Origin: a virus
Lineage: Duplodnaviria > Caudoviricetes
Strand: one strand, 5' to 3'
Length of the DNA stretch: 37,580 nucleotides
Virus record (IMG/VR): IMGVR_UViG_3300021560_000038
Span: 1-37,580 of that record
Shown: in pieces, positions 16,830 to 26,262 of the stretch
How the letters are laid out: every line of letters begins with the position of its first letter
Numbering within the stretch: position 1 is the stretch's first letter
The notes under the pieces: generated by a model
The model's input: only the letters and a program-made list of their open reading frames with translations
The model's database searches: none
Told to the model about the DNA's origin: nothing
Translations under genes and position numbers: made by a program

Positions 16830-19745
16830 CTAACAACCTGTTGTCCAGCCGCAGTTTCTACAGACTTTGCATATTCCGCTTATCCTTACGTTAGGGGAGC
16901 CGCACTCGCCACAAGTCTCGCCGGAGAATAGTGTCTCGGGGCGGAGGGTCGGGCCGGGCGATCCGATCGGGAATATCTGGTTATTGGCTAAGTCCCTCCG
17001 TTGGAGATAGTGAATGCCGAGGTCGCGGAAGATATAATCGAAAATGCTGGCGCAGAGTTTGATGCCGTCGTGGCCGAGAACAAGGCCTGCCGGCTCGAAC
17101 CGGGTATTCTGAAACGTTCGCAAGTAAGTATCGAGGGGAACGCCATACTGGAGTCCGATGGAGACGGCCATGGCGAACCCGTCGCCCAAGGCTCGCAAAG
17201 TTGAGCCGGTTCGTGACAGACTTACGAAAATTTCGCCCAGGGTGCCGTCTTCATATTCCCCCGTCCGTAGGTAGAGGTTTTGCCCGTCGATCTTAACCTT
17301 TTGGGTATAGCCGGTTCGGAAGTCGGGAAGTTTGCGGCGGTGAGAGGGAGCGGGACTTAGAGGCGGTAGGTGATTGGCGGGCTGGAGGGGCCGCGCTGGC
17401 GCCCGGAGGGGCGCTCTGGCAGCAGAAATGCCGCCCGCGAGCGGCTGCGTAAGCTTCGACTTATCCCGATAGATAGCTATGGCTTTCACCCCTGACGTGT
17501 AGGCCAGTTTATAGATCCTGGATACGTCTTCGACGGTGGAGTCCGCCGGCATGTTGGCGGTTTTGGAGACGGCGCCGGAAAGAAACGGTTGAACCGCCGC
17601 AACCATCAGGACGTGCGCCTCGGGTCGGAGGGCCGGACCGGATGGCGGAACGGCACAAAGAAATACGTCGCGCTCGGCTTGGGAAAGGCTGGAGAGATTA
17701 GAGACTTCGCCCTGCTTAGAAATGTGTTCTAGGGCAAGGTTTATTCCGTTCTCGTCGAGAGTTTGCAGGCTCCCTAGGGCGGTTTTTAGGACTTGGGGAT
17801 TTTCGAGCGTCAGCTCGCCGCCGCCGGCAAGGGATTTGCCGACCACAAGGGCGAACCAGGGCTCGATGCCAGAACTGGCGTCCATCAACAAACTGATGGT
17901 TCCGGTTGGGGCAATCAGACTTACTTGGGCGTTTCTGAAGCCGGGGGAATGTACGTTACGTCCCCAGAGCTTCTCCGCCGCAGGGAGAATTTCCCTCGTC
18001 AATAGGTCTTTCTTTAGCTTATGATTCGCCTCGCGGTGGAGGGCCATGACGTCGCGCATTGAAGTGGCGTTCGCTTCCCAGCGCGGGAACGGGCTGAAGT
18101 CCTTCGCCAAGTCGGTCGAGGTCGCGTAGGCCCCAGCGGTCATGAGCGATGTTATTGCCGCGATTAGGTTTCGCCCCTTATCGGAGTCATAGGATATTCC
18201 GAGCTTGAGGAGGATGTCGCCGACGCCGCAATAACCTAGACCAAGAGTTCTATAGTTGAAGTTTCCGCGCGCGATCTTCTCGTCGGGACTGCCGGCCATT
18301 TGAGACGAGATGTCGAGGACCGCGGTCCAGAGCCGCGTGGCATATTCAAACTCTTCGACCTTGAAGGTCTGTTTTTCGAAGTTGAAGAATTTGTTTAGGT
18401 TTAAGCTGGCGAGGTTGCAGGCGGTGTCGTCGAGGAACATATATTCTGAACAGGGGTTCGAGGCGACGATTGGGCCGTCTTCTTTACACGTATGCCAGGT
18501 GTTGATCGTGTCGTGGAATTGGAGGCCGGGGTCGGCGCACGCCCACGCGGCCCGACAGATTTTTGTCCAGAGATATGTTGATGAGATTTTCTTGTTTAGG
18601 GTTTCGCCGACGCGGTTTATCAGATCGATTTCGAGATCGTTTTCTAGGGAGTCCATGAAGGAGTTGCTGATGCGGACGGAGTTGTTGGCGTTTTGGGCCG
18701 AGATGGTGCGGATAGCTTCGCCCTCCCAGGCGATTGATAGTTCCGGCATTGGAAAGTTCTCGTGCTTGCGGTCGAATATGGCGTCGGGGATTAGGTTCGC
18801 CAGTTCGACATCGGTTGTCGGGGTCGAGGAGATGATCCTTGACCCGACCGACATTGCCGCGGCTTTGTATTCTTCGCCAACTTTCCAGTCGATGAAGCTC
18901 TCGATGTCGGGGTGGTCGACGTCGACGATGACCATCTTGGCGGCGCGACGGGTAGTGCCGCCGGAATGGATGGCGCCCGCGCTGCGGTCGAAGATTTCGA
19001 GCCAGGACATCAGACCGGAGGATTTTCCGCCGCCCGAGAGGGGTTCGCCCTTGCCGCGTAGGACGGAGAAGTTGCTGCCGGCGCCGCTGCCGAACTTGAA
19101 AATTCGGGCTTCACGCGAGAGTAAGTCGTAAATTCCGCCCTCTTCGACGAGATTGTCGTTCAGCGAGTTGATGAAACAAGCGTGAACTTGAGGGAACTCG
19201 TAAGAATTCCCTGCCTGGATAGGGGTTCCGCCGGTCGGGGCGGTAGTCCACAACCCGGTGTTGTCGCCCGTGATGCCGTAAGCCCACCACAATCCGGTGT
19301 TGAACCACTGCGGCGAGTTGGGCGCGGCGATTTGGTTCGCCAACATGAAATAGATTTCGTTGTAGAAGTTCCGGGCGTCCTCCTCCCGATCGAAATAGCC
19401 GGCGATGAAGCCGGTGTAGGTCCAGTGTCCCGCTAGGCGGTGGAAGACGGAGTGGGCCGAGGTTTCGGGGCCGTAGGCGGTCTTCGGGACGCGCGATGGC
19501 TCGCTCCGGTAGAGCCAATTGGGCAGGCGGGCACCGTCGACGATTGGCTGGGTGATGTTGGGGACGCCAGCTTTGCGCAGGTATTTCTGCGCAAAGATGT
19601 TCGCTGCGTTGTCCGACCAATGGCTCGGCACCTCGATGTCGGACATGCTGAAGTCGGCACCGGAGATTTTCGCCTCGATGATTTTCCAGTCGATTTGGGA
19701 CTTGATCGGCGCGTTGGGATCGGAGAATTTTGTCTTAACCTGCAT
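16830..19745 (-). CDS. nrdJ: Class II (adenosylcobalamin-dependent) ribonucleotide reductase
   Basis: Motifs 'APNSPQWFNTG', 'PQVHACFI', 'GGTTRRAAKM', catalytic 'SNPCSEY', 'CNLASLNL' and 'IAPTGTIS'. C-terminal TSCPD-like domain and CxxC..CxxC. No beta-subunit gene nearby. Likely start MQVKTK at 19745. Confidence 0.93.
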   Translation of the reverse strand: MQVKTKFSDPNAPIKSQIDWKIIEAKISGADFSMSDIEVPSHWSDNAANIFAQKYLRKAGVPNITQPIVDGARLPNWLYRSEPSRVPKTAYGPETSAHSVFHRLAGHWTYTGFIAGYFDREEDARNFYNEIYFMLANQIAAPNSPQWFNTGLWWAYGITGDNTGLWTTAPTGGTPIQAGNSYEFPQVHACFINSLNDNLVEEGGIYDLLSREARIFKFGSGAGSNFSVLRGKGEPLSGGGKSSGLMSWLEIFDRSAGAIHSGGTTRRAAKMVIVDVDHPDIESFIDWKVGEEYKAAAMSVGSRIISSTPTTDVELANLIPDAIFDRKHENFPMPELSIAWEGEAIRTISAQNANNSVRISNSFMDSLENDLEIDLINRVGETLNKKISSTYLWTKICRAAWACADPGLQFHDTINTWHTCKEDGPIVASNPCSEYMFLDDTACNLASLNLNKFFNFEKQTFKVEEFEYATRLWTAVLDISSQMAGSPDEKIARGNFNYRTLGLGYCGVGDILLKLGISYDSDKGRNLIAAITSLMTAGAYATSTDLAKDFSPFPRWEANATSMRDVMALHREANHKLKKDLLTREILPAAEKLWGRNVHSPGFRNAQVSLIAPTGTISLLMDASSGIEPWFALVVGKSLAGGGELTLENPQVLKTALGSLQTLDENGINLALEHISKQGEVSNLSSLSQAERDVFLCAVPPSGPALRPEAHVLMVAAVQPFLSGAVSKTANMPADSTVEDVSRIYKLAYTSGVKAIAIYRDKSKLTQPLAGGISAARAPLRAPARPLQPANHLPPLSPAPSHRRKLPDFRTGYTQKVKIDGQNLYLRTGEYEDGTLGEIFVSLSRTGSTLRALGDGFAMAVSIGLQYGVPLDTYLRTFQNTRFEPAGLVLGHDGIKLCASIFDYIFRDLGIHYLQRRDLANNQIFPIGSPGPTLRPETLFSGETCGECGSPNVRISGICKVCRNCGWTTGC

Positions 19746-19759
19746 CGGAGAGATCCCCT

Positions 19760-20935
19760 TTAGAACATTGGAAGTGGCACCCAGTCGTCGCCAAGCGGAA
19801 GTTGGCGTATTCTGCCCCCGACCTCCATCGCCTTGATTAGGTGTGGGATGCGGTCGGCGGGGCAACGGTCCTCGAACAATTGCCAAAGTTGTTGGTTGGT
19901 AAACTGCCGCTTGTCGTTGTACTTCACCCAGATCATGTGATGAATGTCGCGCATGATTTGCACGTCGGATTTCTGACCTATCGCACGGAAGATGTCGGGC
20001 ATGGTGACTTCGGCCTCCAACATCCAGCCTCGTGCGCGCTCGAAGTCGGCATTGGTGACGATCATGGAATGGCCGGCTGAGGCGGCCGAGACCATGGCGA
20101 GCTTCATTACGTGCGTGTCGCGGCGCGAAGCGTAATTAGATAACCTTGCGTAGGTCGGAACGGGCGCCATGGCCTCGACATTATACCAGCGGGTTAGGTT
20201 GTCTTGGGCGTCAGGCTCCCAGATAACTTCGCCGTGGGATTCTTTCATGATTGATTTGAGGTCTCGTTCGAGAAACCCGACATCGACTTCACTCCGTTTT
20301 TTGAAGATGTTTCGGGTCAGTTGGGGCGCGATGCCGTAGATGAATATGAACCTTGAGGTGAAGCCCTGGCCCCAAGCGACTTCGGGAATTATGTCGCCGA
20401 TGGCGTCGGGTGTGGCGGCGGCGAGCATGTTGATCGTCGGCCCGATCAGTTCGATCGACTTGGCGACGCGCCGGGGCGCGGTGTAAGTGTCGGGGTTGTC
20501 GTAGATTGTCGTCATGTCGGAAATGAATTCTTTGTCGTATTTGGAGATAAAGACGCCAAGCTCCATACATAGGACGCAGATGGCGGAGTAGGTTTCGAAG
20601 CCCATCCCATTCAAATTGACTTTATTCGACTTCTCGATGCAGTCGAGAAAGGTCGCCTTGTTGGGATTGTCGGGACCGATGTAGACGCCGTCGGGCGGCG
20701 TGGCGATGGTCGAGAGGAATTTCTTTGCCGTCGAGACCATGATGGTTTTGCCCGAGGCGGGCAGCCCGGCGAGGATAATATACAGGTTGGGAAACAGTGG
20801 ATCTACGTCGGTCTCAGTCCACACCCTCCGTTCGAGCGTGGACGCGATTATAGATATGGCTGTCCACAGCCGGAACGACCGCGGCGAGCGGACCCCTTCA
20901 GTCGTTTCTAAAAAGCCTTCTATCCAATCGCTCAC
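19760..20935 (-). CDS. DUF3987/YfjI-like P-loop ATPase (putative replicative helicase)
   Basis: Walker A in 'PNLYIILAGLPASGKT', plus 'WGQGFTSRFIFIY' and 'HVMKLAM'. Follows the DNA polymerase. GTG start at 20935 is assumed. Confidence 0.7.
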   Translation of the reverse strand: MSDWIEGFLETTEGVRSPRSFRLWTAISIIASTLERRVWTETDVDPLFPNLYIILAGLPASGKTIMVSTAKKFLSTIATPPDGVYIGPDNPNKATFLDCIEKSNKVNLNGMGFETYSAICVLCMELGVFISKYDKEFISDMTTIYDNPDTYTAPRRVAKSIELIGPTINMLAAATPDAIGDIIPEVAWGQGFTSRFIFIYGIAPQLTRNIFKKRSEVDVGFLERDLKSIMKESHGEVIWEPDAQDNLTRWYNVEAMAPVPTYARLSNYASRRDTHVMKLAMVSAASAGHSMIVTNADFERARGWMLEAEVTMPDIFRAIGQKSDVQIMRDIHHMIWVKYNDKRQFTNQQLWQLFEDRCPADRIPHLIKAMEVGGRIRQLPLGDDWVPLPMF

Positions 20936-21000
20936 GCGACAGGGACTTTCAAAAAACAGGGCATCAAAGGTTCGTGAACGGGTCTTTCTCGCGGAGTTTT

Positions 21001-22512
21001 CTAGTGGATTGTGATGCCGACAAGTCCCTTGGGGTTCCAATCCTCGCGAGTTCCGTCTTCGAGGAGGCGATAACGGTGGGCGAAATTATGGCCGCCCACG
21101 ACTTCGCCTGGAATAGTCATAGATCGGGCGGAACTGTGTTGCGTGACCTGGACGCAATCGACGGCCGACGCCAGCCAGTCGAGTTCCTCGCGCGGAGTGG
21201 TTTCGGGCATTTGGAAGTAGACGGCGTCGTGCAGTTGGCTGAGGAGCGAAACCGGGCCGGCGCCCATCTTTTTCCACAGTCGGTAAAGGCCGAGGTTTAG
21301 GCAGTCGCCGGTTGCGCTCTGAAACAAATAGGCAATGCCGGCCTTTAATGTATCCAGGTCTTCGGCCCGGTCGAAGAAGTCGCGCCGCCGTCCGAACGAG
21401 TTGACGAGGAACCGTTCTCGCTGGAGTTGCTGGGCGACCCATTCGTGCATTCGTCGGATGCAGGGGAAGGCCGAAAAATATCGAACTTGGAATTCTTCCA
21501 CCAGGTTGAGCGGAATACGCGTCTGGCGGGATATTTCTTTCGGCGTGCCGTAGTAGTTAGTGGCGTGCCCCAAACGCTTCGACGCATCTCGGTAAGTAAA
21601 GAACCGATAGAAACGTCGCTCTGCAATACGCCGATCTTTTTTGAGATCGCCAGTCCAATCCCAGTCGGGATAAAGGAGACGTGTAACAGAAGTGTGCAAA
21701 TCGCCTGACTCACAAGCGTCAAGATAACTCCAATCCCCAAACATAATGCCGCAAAACCAACCAACGTCACGTGCTTCAGACTGGGCCTTGTCAATTCCGT
21801 AGAGTTTGTGTCCGGGGTCCGGGATGAAGACACGGCGAAGCTCCTCTGTGACGTTTTGGAAGTTGTTGCCGGTTTGGCGCCAGGCTTGGCGCTCCTCGTC
21901 GAAGATCATAAAGGGCGACTTGGAACTCGACCAGCGGCCGGTGGTTGTGCCGCCGATATTGTACGAACAGCGCCACCGCCAGTCGGAGTCTATGTTCGTC
22001 TCTAGGACTTGGAGGGATTTGGTTACGTCGCGGGAGAGAAGGACGGAATTGATGATGGGGGCGGCGTAGATTGATGATTGTTCGAGCTTTTCGAGGGTTT
22101 CGCGGTTCATCGGGCGCTTGGTTTCGCCGCCAACAACTTTCTCTATTGGTGGGAGTTTCATCCGATCGTAGAATAGGGTCTGGAGTTGCTTGGGCGAGTT
22201 GGGGAATTTGGCGTCCCAAGTCCCGCCCGTGGCAGAAATCAACGACGAAAGGATGTGGTCGATACGGGATTTTTTGTTCTGAAGCATGATGACGGCGTTC
22301 TCGCGCTCGTCGATATCGACGCGGAAGCCCCTCAGCATCATTTCCAGCGCCGGGCCTTGCATGGCCCGCTCGAAATCATAGATTAGTGTGTCGTTCTCTC
22401 TGAGGTTTTGGCGGGCAACATCGACCTCATAGGTCAAACAGTTATCATACCCGTTGTAGATGGCTTGATTGGCGTCGGCTATTTCAAGCTTGTGAGCGGC
22501 GATGGTTGGCAT
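21001..22512 (-). CDS. Family A DNA polymerase, polymerase subunit of a split gene
   Basis: 'TTTGRWSSS', 'NFQN', motif A 'IDKAQSEAR', motif B 'RDASKRLGHATNYYG', motif C 'QLHDAVYF'. ATG at 22512 with AAGGGG RBS. Confidence 0.9.
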   Translation of the reverse strand: MPTIAAHKLEIADANQAIYNGYDNCLTYEVDVARQNLRENDTLIYDFERAMQGPALEMMLRGFRVDIDERENAVIMLQNKKSRIDHILSSLISATGGTWDAKFPNSPKQLQTLFYDRMKLPPIEKVVGGETKRPMNRETLEKLEQSSIYAAPIINSVLLSRDVTKSLQVLETNIDSDWRWRCSYNIGGTTTGRWSSSKSPFMIFDEERQAWRQTGNNFQNVTEELRRVFIPDPGHKLYGIDKAQSEARDVGWFCGIMFGDWSYLDACESGDLHTSVTRLLYPDWDWTGDLKKDRRIAERRFYRFFTYRDASKRLGHATNYYGTPKEISRQTRIPLNLVEEFQVRYFSAFPCIRRMHEWVAQQLQRERFLVNSFGRRRDFFDRAEDLDTLKAGIAYLFQSATGDCLNLGLYRLWKKMGAGPVSLLSQLHDAVYFQMPETTPREELDWLASAVDCVQVTQHSSARSMTIPGEVVGGHNFAHRYRLLEDGTREDWNPKGLVGITIH

Positions 22513-22541
22513 TAGGCGAATTCCCCTTTTATTCGTCGAAA

Positions 22542-23879
22542 TTATTCGTCGCGCTTGAGGTTTTCTGACCGGGTCATTTGCTTCCAGGCTATGTCGTTCG
22601 AATATAGGGAGCCGAGATAGCCGAGGGACTTGGGAAGTTCGGGGTAGCGCGAATGGTGCCACAGCATGGTATCGTGTCGGGCGTTCCGAACTTGAATTCC
22701 CATCTTCATCAAGTGGCTGATGTCGTAAAGCCCGTTTTGGAAGATTTTTTCCGACGGGCCTTCTTGGATTTCCCGAATGAGTTTCCAAGCCAAGGTTTCG
22801 AGTTCCGCCGTCGGCCAGAAATTGATTCCCCCGTCGGCTATTCCGAGCGAGCGAGCGATCTTGCCGACGTCAATTATCCTCCCATCCTTCGTATGCGCGT
22901 CGCGGAACGGGACGACAAGGGAGGAGAAGGAGTCGGGACTGAAACCAACAATAGAAATGGTGCCGCGAATGGTTTCGATGTCGCTGGCGAGTCGGCGGAA
23001 GCGATTGGCTCGTATCCAGGTTCGGATTTCGTCGAGACCGCTGGCGGACGGGTGGGGAACCGTGATGAGGCGCTCGGGGCGACGAGTTTCGCGAAAGGTC
23101 CGCTCGCGAGCGGCTTTCTGATAGTCGGCGATCGTGGTGGTGCGTAGTTTCATGTTGCGGAGGATGGCCGCCGGGTGGAAGACCGGCAGGACTTTGAAGT
23201 CGAGGGAGGTTAGGGCCTGATTGGTGCGGGAGATTGTGCCGCGCAGGACGGATATTTTGGTCTGACCGAGGAGCGCCCAGCATGCCGCGTTGCCCATGGC
23301 GATGACGAGGCTAGGGTTTAGCTCGTCCAGTTCGCGCCAGAGGCGGCGGATGTGGGTGCGGAAGTAGATCTCCTTGACGTGGGTGCCGCGCGTGTTTTGC
23401 GATGCTTTCCACGGCGGCATCTCGGTCTGGCGCTCAGTGGAGAAAAAATGGCCCAGATCGTTTGATCTGACGTCGCGAGAGTTGCACTCGTTGCAGGTCA
23501 TCTTGCCGAAGAGGGAAATGTTGCGCGAGCCGCAGTTGTTGCAGATTTCTGGCGGGTGCTCATTGAAGACGTTGGTGACGTAGATGTTGTGGCGGTCACG
23601 GAGGGTCTTCCAGTGGTGGATGAGGCTGAGTTCGGTCGGCCAGCAATATTCGCCGCAACGGGCGCAATGGCCGTTGGTAAAGTCGGTCTCGTACTTACAC
23701 TTGCGGCAGAGGAGTTGCATGTAGGGGCACAGGCCACTCGATCCGAGTTGGAGGGTGAGTTCGCGGCCGGAGGCGCCGACGAGTGGGTGCTGGTAGTTGG
23801 CTTCGGATCGGCCCCACGCCTCGCCGCACAAAACGACGGAAGGGAGATCGGGACTGAGGTCGGAATGGGTTTCTGTCAT
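22542..23879 (-). CDS. Uracil-DNA-glycosylase-like (family 4/SPO1 pol N-terminal type) domain fused to a DnaQ-like 3'-5' exonuclease
   Basis: UDG-like motifs 'LCGEAWGRSE...PLVGASG', 'IAMGNAA' and 'FHPAAILR'. Exonuclease motifs: Exo I 'ASDIET', Exo II 'FQNGLYDISHL', then 'HDTML' and 'SLGYLGSLY'. ATGA-coupled to the upstream gene. Confidence 0.8.
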   Translation of the reverse strand: MTETHSDLSPDLPSVVLCGEAWGRSEANYQHPLVGASGRELTLQLGSSGLCPYMQLLCRKCKYETDFTNGHCARCGEYCWPTELSLIHHWKTLRDRHNIYVTNVFNEHPPEICNNCGSRNISLFGKMTCNECNSRDVRSNDLGHFFSTERQTEMPPWKASQNTRGTHVKEIYFRTHIRRLWRELDELNPSLVIAMGNAACWALLGQTKISVLRGTISRTNQALTSLDFKVLPVFHPAAILRNMKLRTTTIADYQKAARERTFRETRRPERLITVPHPSASGLDEIRTWIRANRFRRLASDIETIRGTISIVGFSPDSFSSLVVPFRDAHTKDGRIIDVGKIARSLGIADGGINFWPTAELETLAWKLIREIQEGPSEKIFQNGLYDISHLMKMGIQVRNARHDTMLWHHSRYPELPKSLGYLGSLYSNDIAWKQMTRSENLKRDE

Positions 23880-25267
23880 ATTATGATCTTTCTGATTGCC
23901 CTGGCTTGGTTGATTGCGATGTTGGCGCGCGCAACGTAAGTCGGGTCGATGTCGAGGCCAAGAATGCGGCGGGCACCGAGTTCTTCGGCGATCCGTAGAA
24001 CGGCGCCGCTTCCGCAAGTTGGGTCGAATACGTCGGTGACTTGATCGACCAGCATCGAGAGGAAATGGCGCAGCATTGAGTCGGATTTTTGCGACGGATG
24101 GATCGGAGACGATGGGAGCGGCGCCGGCGTGCAGTTGGCGAGAGATTTTAATAGGGGTCGGCGGCCGCGCGAGCAGAGGAATGCGGTTTCGTAGACTCGC
24201 CGCGGATATTGGTTGTCCCGTCCGGGAATTATGCCGGCATTGTCGGACTTGTACCAGATGAGTGGGTGATGATGGACCCAGAGGCCGCCGGCTTCCAGTT
24301 CGTCCTTGGTTTTTTCGTAAAAGTCCATACTGAACCAGAAAACAACATGGGCGGAGTAGGAGAGGAATTTGTCGAGATTGTTCGAGAACGCGGTTAGGAG
24401 GTTCCAATAGCCGCTGAACTCGTAATCGGAGTCGGAACTGGTCGTGATGCTGTTGCCGTAGTCGCGGTATTCGACGTTGTAGGGGAAATCGACGTGGACG
24501 AGGTTGAACTTGGGGCCGGAGTAAGTTTCGAGCCAGGAGATGAAGTCGGATTGGATGACGGCGGGAGGAAGGAGAACTGGCGTGGGGACCGGATCGGCGA
24601 GGACCGGAACCGCGGGACTTAGAAGTGGGGAAGCCGGAACGATCGGGTCGGAAGTTTCCGGGATTGAGATTGGGATTGGAGTTGGAACCGCCTCGGTCGG
24701 TTCCGTCTGGAAGAGGTTCCTTCCTACGTCGGTAATTTCAGAAATAATTTGGGCGGTCTTGCGCTCAGCGTCGAGCTGAAGAATTGAATAGGCTTGGTCG
24801 ATGCTGCCAGCGTCGCGCAGGAGGGGGGAGTTCAAGTTCCGCCAGACCATCAAACACTTCCTGACCCAGCGGCCGGAAGTCGAGACTTCGTGGGCGGTCT
24901 GGTCGGGCGACCAGTCGAGGTGCTGGTTTTTGTAGATGGTGTGGATTTCGCCGACGGCGGAGATATGGTCGCGCCAGAAGAGATTTTCCCGTTTGATGTT
25001 CTCTTCGAGCTCCGCGACTTTGGCCTCGATCGGCGAGAGGTCGTCGATGAAGCGGAAGTGGGTGTTCTCGACGAGCGGGTCGATGTTTAGGGCGCGAAGG
25101 GCGGAAAGTCGCCTGCCGCCGACAACGAGATGGATTTCGTCGTCCTGGCGGCGCAGAACAATGGGATGGAGCAGGCGTTTTTTAACCGAGGATAAGAAAT
25201 GCTCGTCGATATCCATAGTCTGCCGCTGACGATTCCTGACTAGAATCGAACTGATTGGTAGTTCCAT
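23876..25267 (-). CDS. ParB-like N-terminal domain fused to an N6-A/N4-C DNA methyltransferase
   Basis: ParB/Srx motif 'LLHPIVL...LVVGGRRL.A...ELEENIKRENL', then a Pro-rich linker, then MTase motif IV 'VDFPY', 'HPSQK' and motif I 'FDPTCGSG'. Confidence 0.8.
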   Translation of the reverse strand: MELPISSILVRNRQRQTMDIDEHFLSSVKKRLLHPIVLRRQDDEIHLVVGGRRLSALRALNIDPLVENTHFRFIDDLSPIEAKVAELEENIKRENLFWRDHISAVGEIHTIYKNQHLDWSPDQTAHEVSTSGRWVRKCLMVWRNLNSPLLRDAGSIDQAYSILQLDAERKTAQIISEITDVGRNLFQTEPTEAVPTPIPISIPETSDPIVPASPLLSPAVPVLADPVPTPVLLPPAVIQSDFISWLETYSGPKFNLVHVDFPYNVEYRDYGNSITTSSDSDYEFSGYWNLLTAFSNNLDKFLSYSAHVVFWFSMDFYEKTKDELEAGGLWVHHHPLIWYKSDNAGIIPGRDNQYPRRVYETAFLCSRGRRPLLKSLANCTPAPLPSSPIHPSQKSDSMLRHFLSMLVDQVTDVFDPTCGSGAVLRIAEELGARRILGLDIDPTYVARANIAINQARAIRKIII

Positions 25268-25310
25268 CGGTTTTCGAGGTCTCAAGAAGGGAAAAGAGGG
25301 GAAGAGAGTG

Positions 25311-25335
25311 GGAGGGGAGATTTTGTCTCCCCTCC
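25311..25335 (-). terminator. GC-rich hairpin, possible terminator or attenuator after the SSB-like gene
   Basis: Perfect 10-bp stem GGAGGGGAGA/TCTCCCCTCC, followed on the minus strand by a pyrimidine-rich tract but no clean U run. Confidence 0.45.
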
Positions 25336-25359
25336 GAAGGTGCTTAGGTCGGCTAGTTT

Positions 25360-25857
25360 CTACCTACTAACGCCGGCGATCGTGTCGACGTTGCTGAGGT
25401 AGACTCTTCCGTTGTCGGCGGGGGCTTGAGTCTTAATTAAAACGTCTCGCCCCCGGAAGACTTCCTGGGTTTCCATGGTCGGCAGGCCGTCCTTGTCGAG
25501 CTTCATATGAACGCGGGTTGAGACCGAGAGGGAAAAGCCCATAGTTTCGAGAAATCGCCGGAGCATTTTCATCGCGTTCGGCGTCAGGTAGAAATTGGCG
25601 CTGCACTCGTAGTCGGAGATGGCGAAGCCGGTTTCGCGAATTTTGGTTAGGTCTTCCGGCGTTACGTCGCTGCCCGGATCGGTCAGCCGGACGGCGAAGT
25701 TGTAGAGGGGCGTCTTGCGCTGGGTCGATTTGCCAGCCGTGACGCCAGTGATTTTCCCATAGAAGTGTTTTTGGCCGGGAAGGTCTGGGAGATCGGGAAA
25801 ATCCCCCATTGGCTTGTCGAGGAGTTCTTGCAGATTTACGGGATCGTTATCAGACAT
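25360..25857 (-). CDS. Putative DUF669-like ssDNA-binding protein
   Basis: OB-fold-like pattern ('YGKITGVTAGKS..KTP', 'FYLTPNAMKMLRRFL'). Located downstream of the AAA ATPase and nuclease. Confidence 0.5.
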   Translation of the reverse strand: MSDNDPVNLQELLDKPMGDFPDLPDLPGQKHFYGKITGVTAGKSTQRKTPLYNFAVRLTDPGSDVTPEDLTKIRETGFAISDYECSANFYLTPNAMKMLRRFLETMGFSLSVSTRVHMKLDKDGLPTMETQEVFRGRDVLIKTQAPADNGRVYLSNVDTIAGVSR

Positions 25858-26262
25858 GGGGGTTAGATCCTTCAGTGGGTTGACGACTAGTTACTTCCTT
25901 CTAGAAGTGGTGGGCGGCCGACGCAAAGGGCATCGTACTGACCGCCTTACCACAAAGGCGATGGCTACATTGCGACTGAAGCTACTACATACGCACACGC
26001 TACGCACACGCTTACGCTTGCAACGCATTACGAAGGCCCTTTGGCGAGAGTCGCATCGCCTTCACGCGGGACTGAGTCCGATCGTGGGGGCGCCTCAGGG
26101 AGGGTTTCGCGACCGCAGGATGGCGGGCTGCCCGAAGACGTGGCTCGGAAAAACTGGTTCCGTTCATGCCTTCTGTCCTTTCACGGCGAGAAATCCTTCC
26201 TGACTAGGCGCAAAGCTCTTGCTGAAGGTTCGTGGATCGTGAGTCGGAAGATGAACGCCGAA

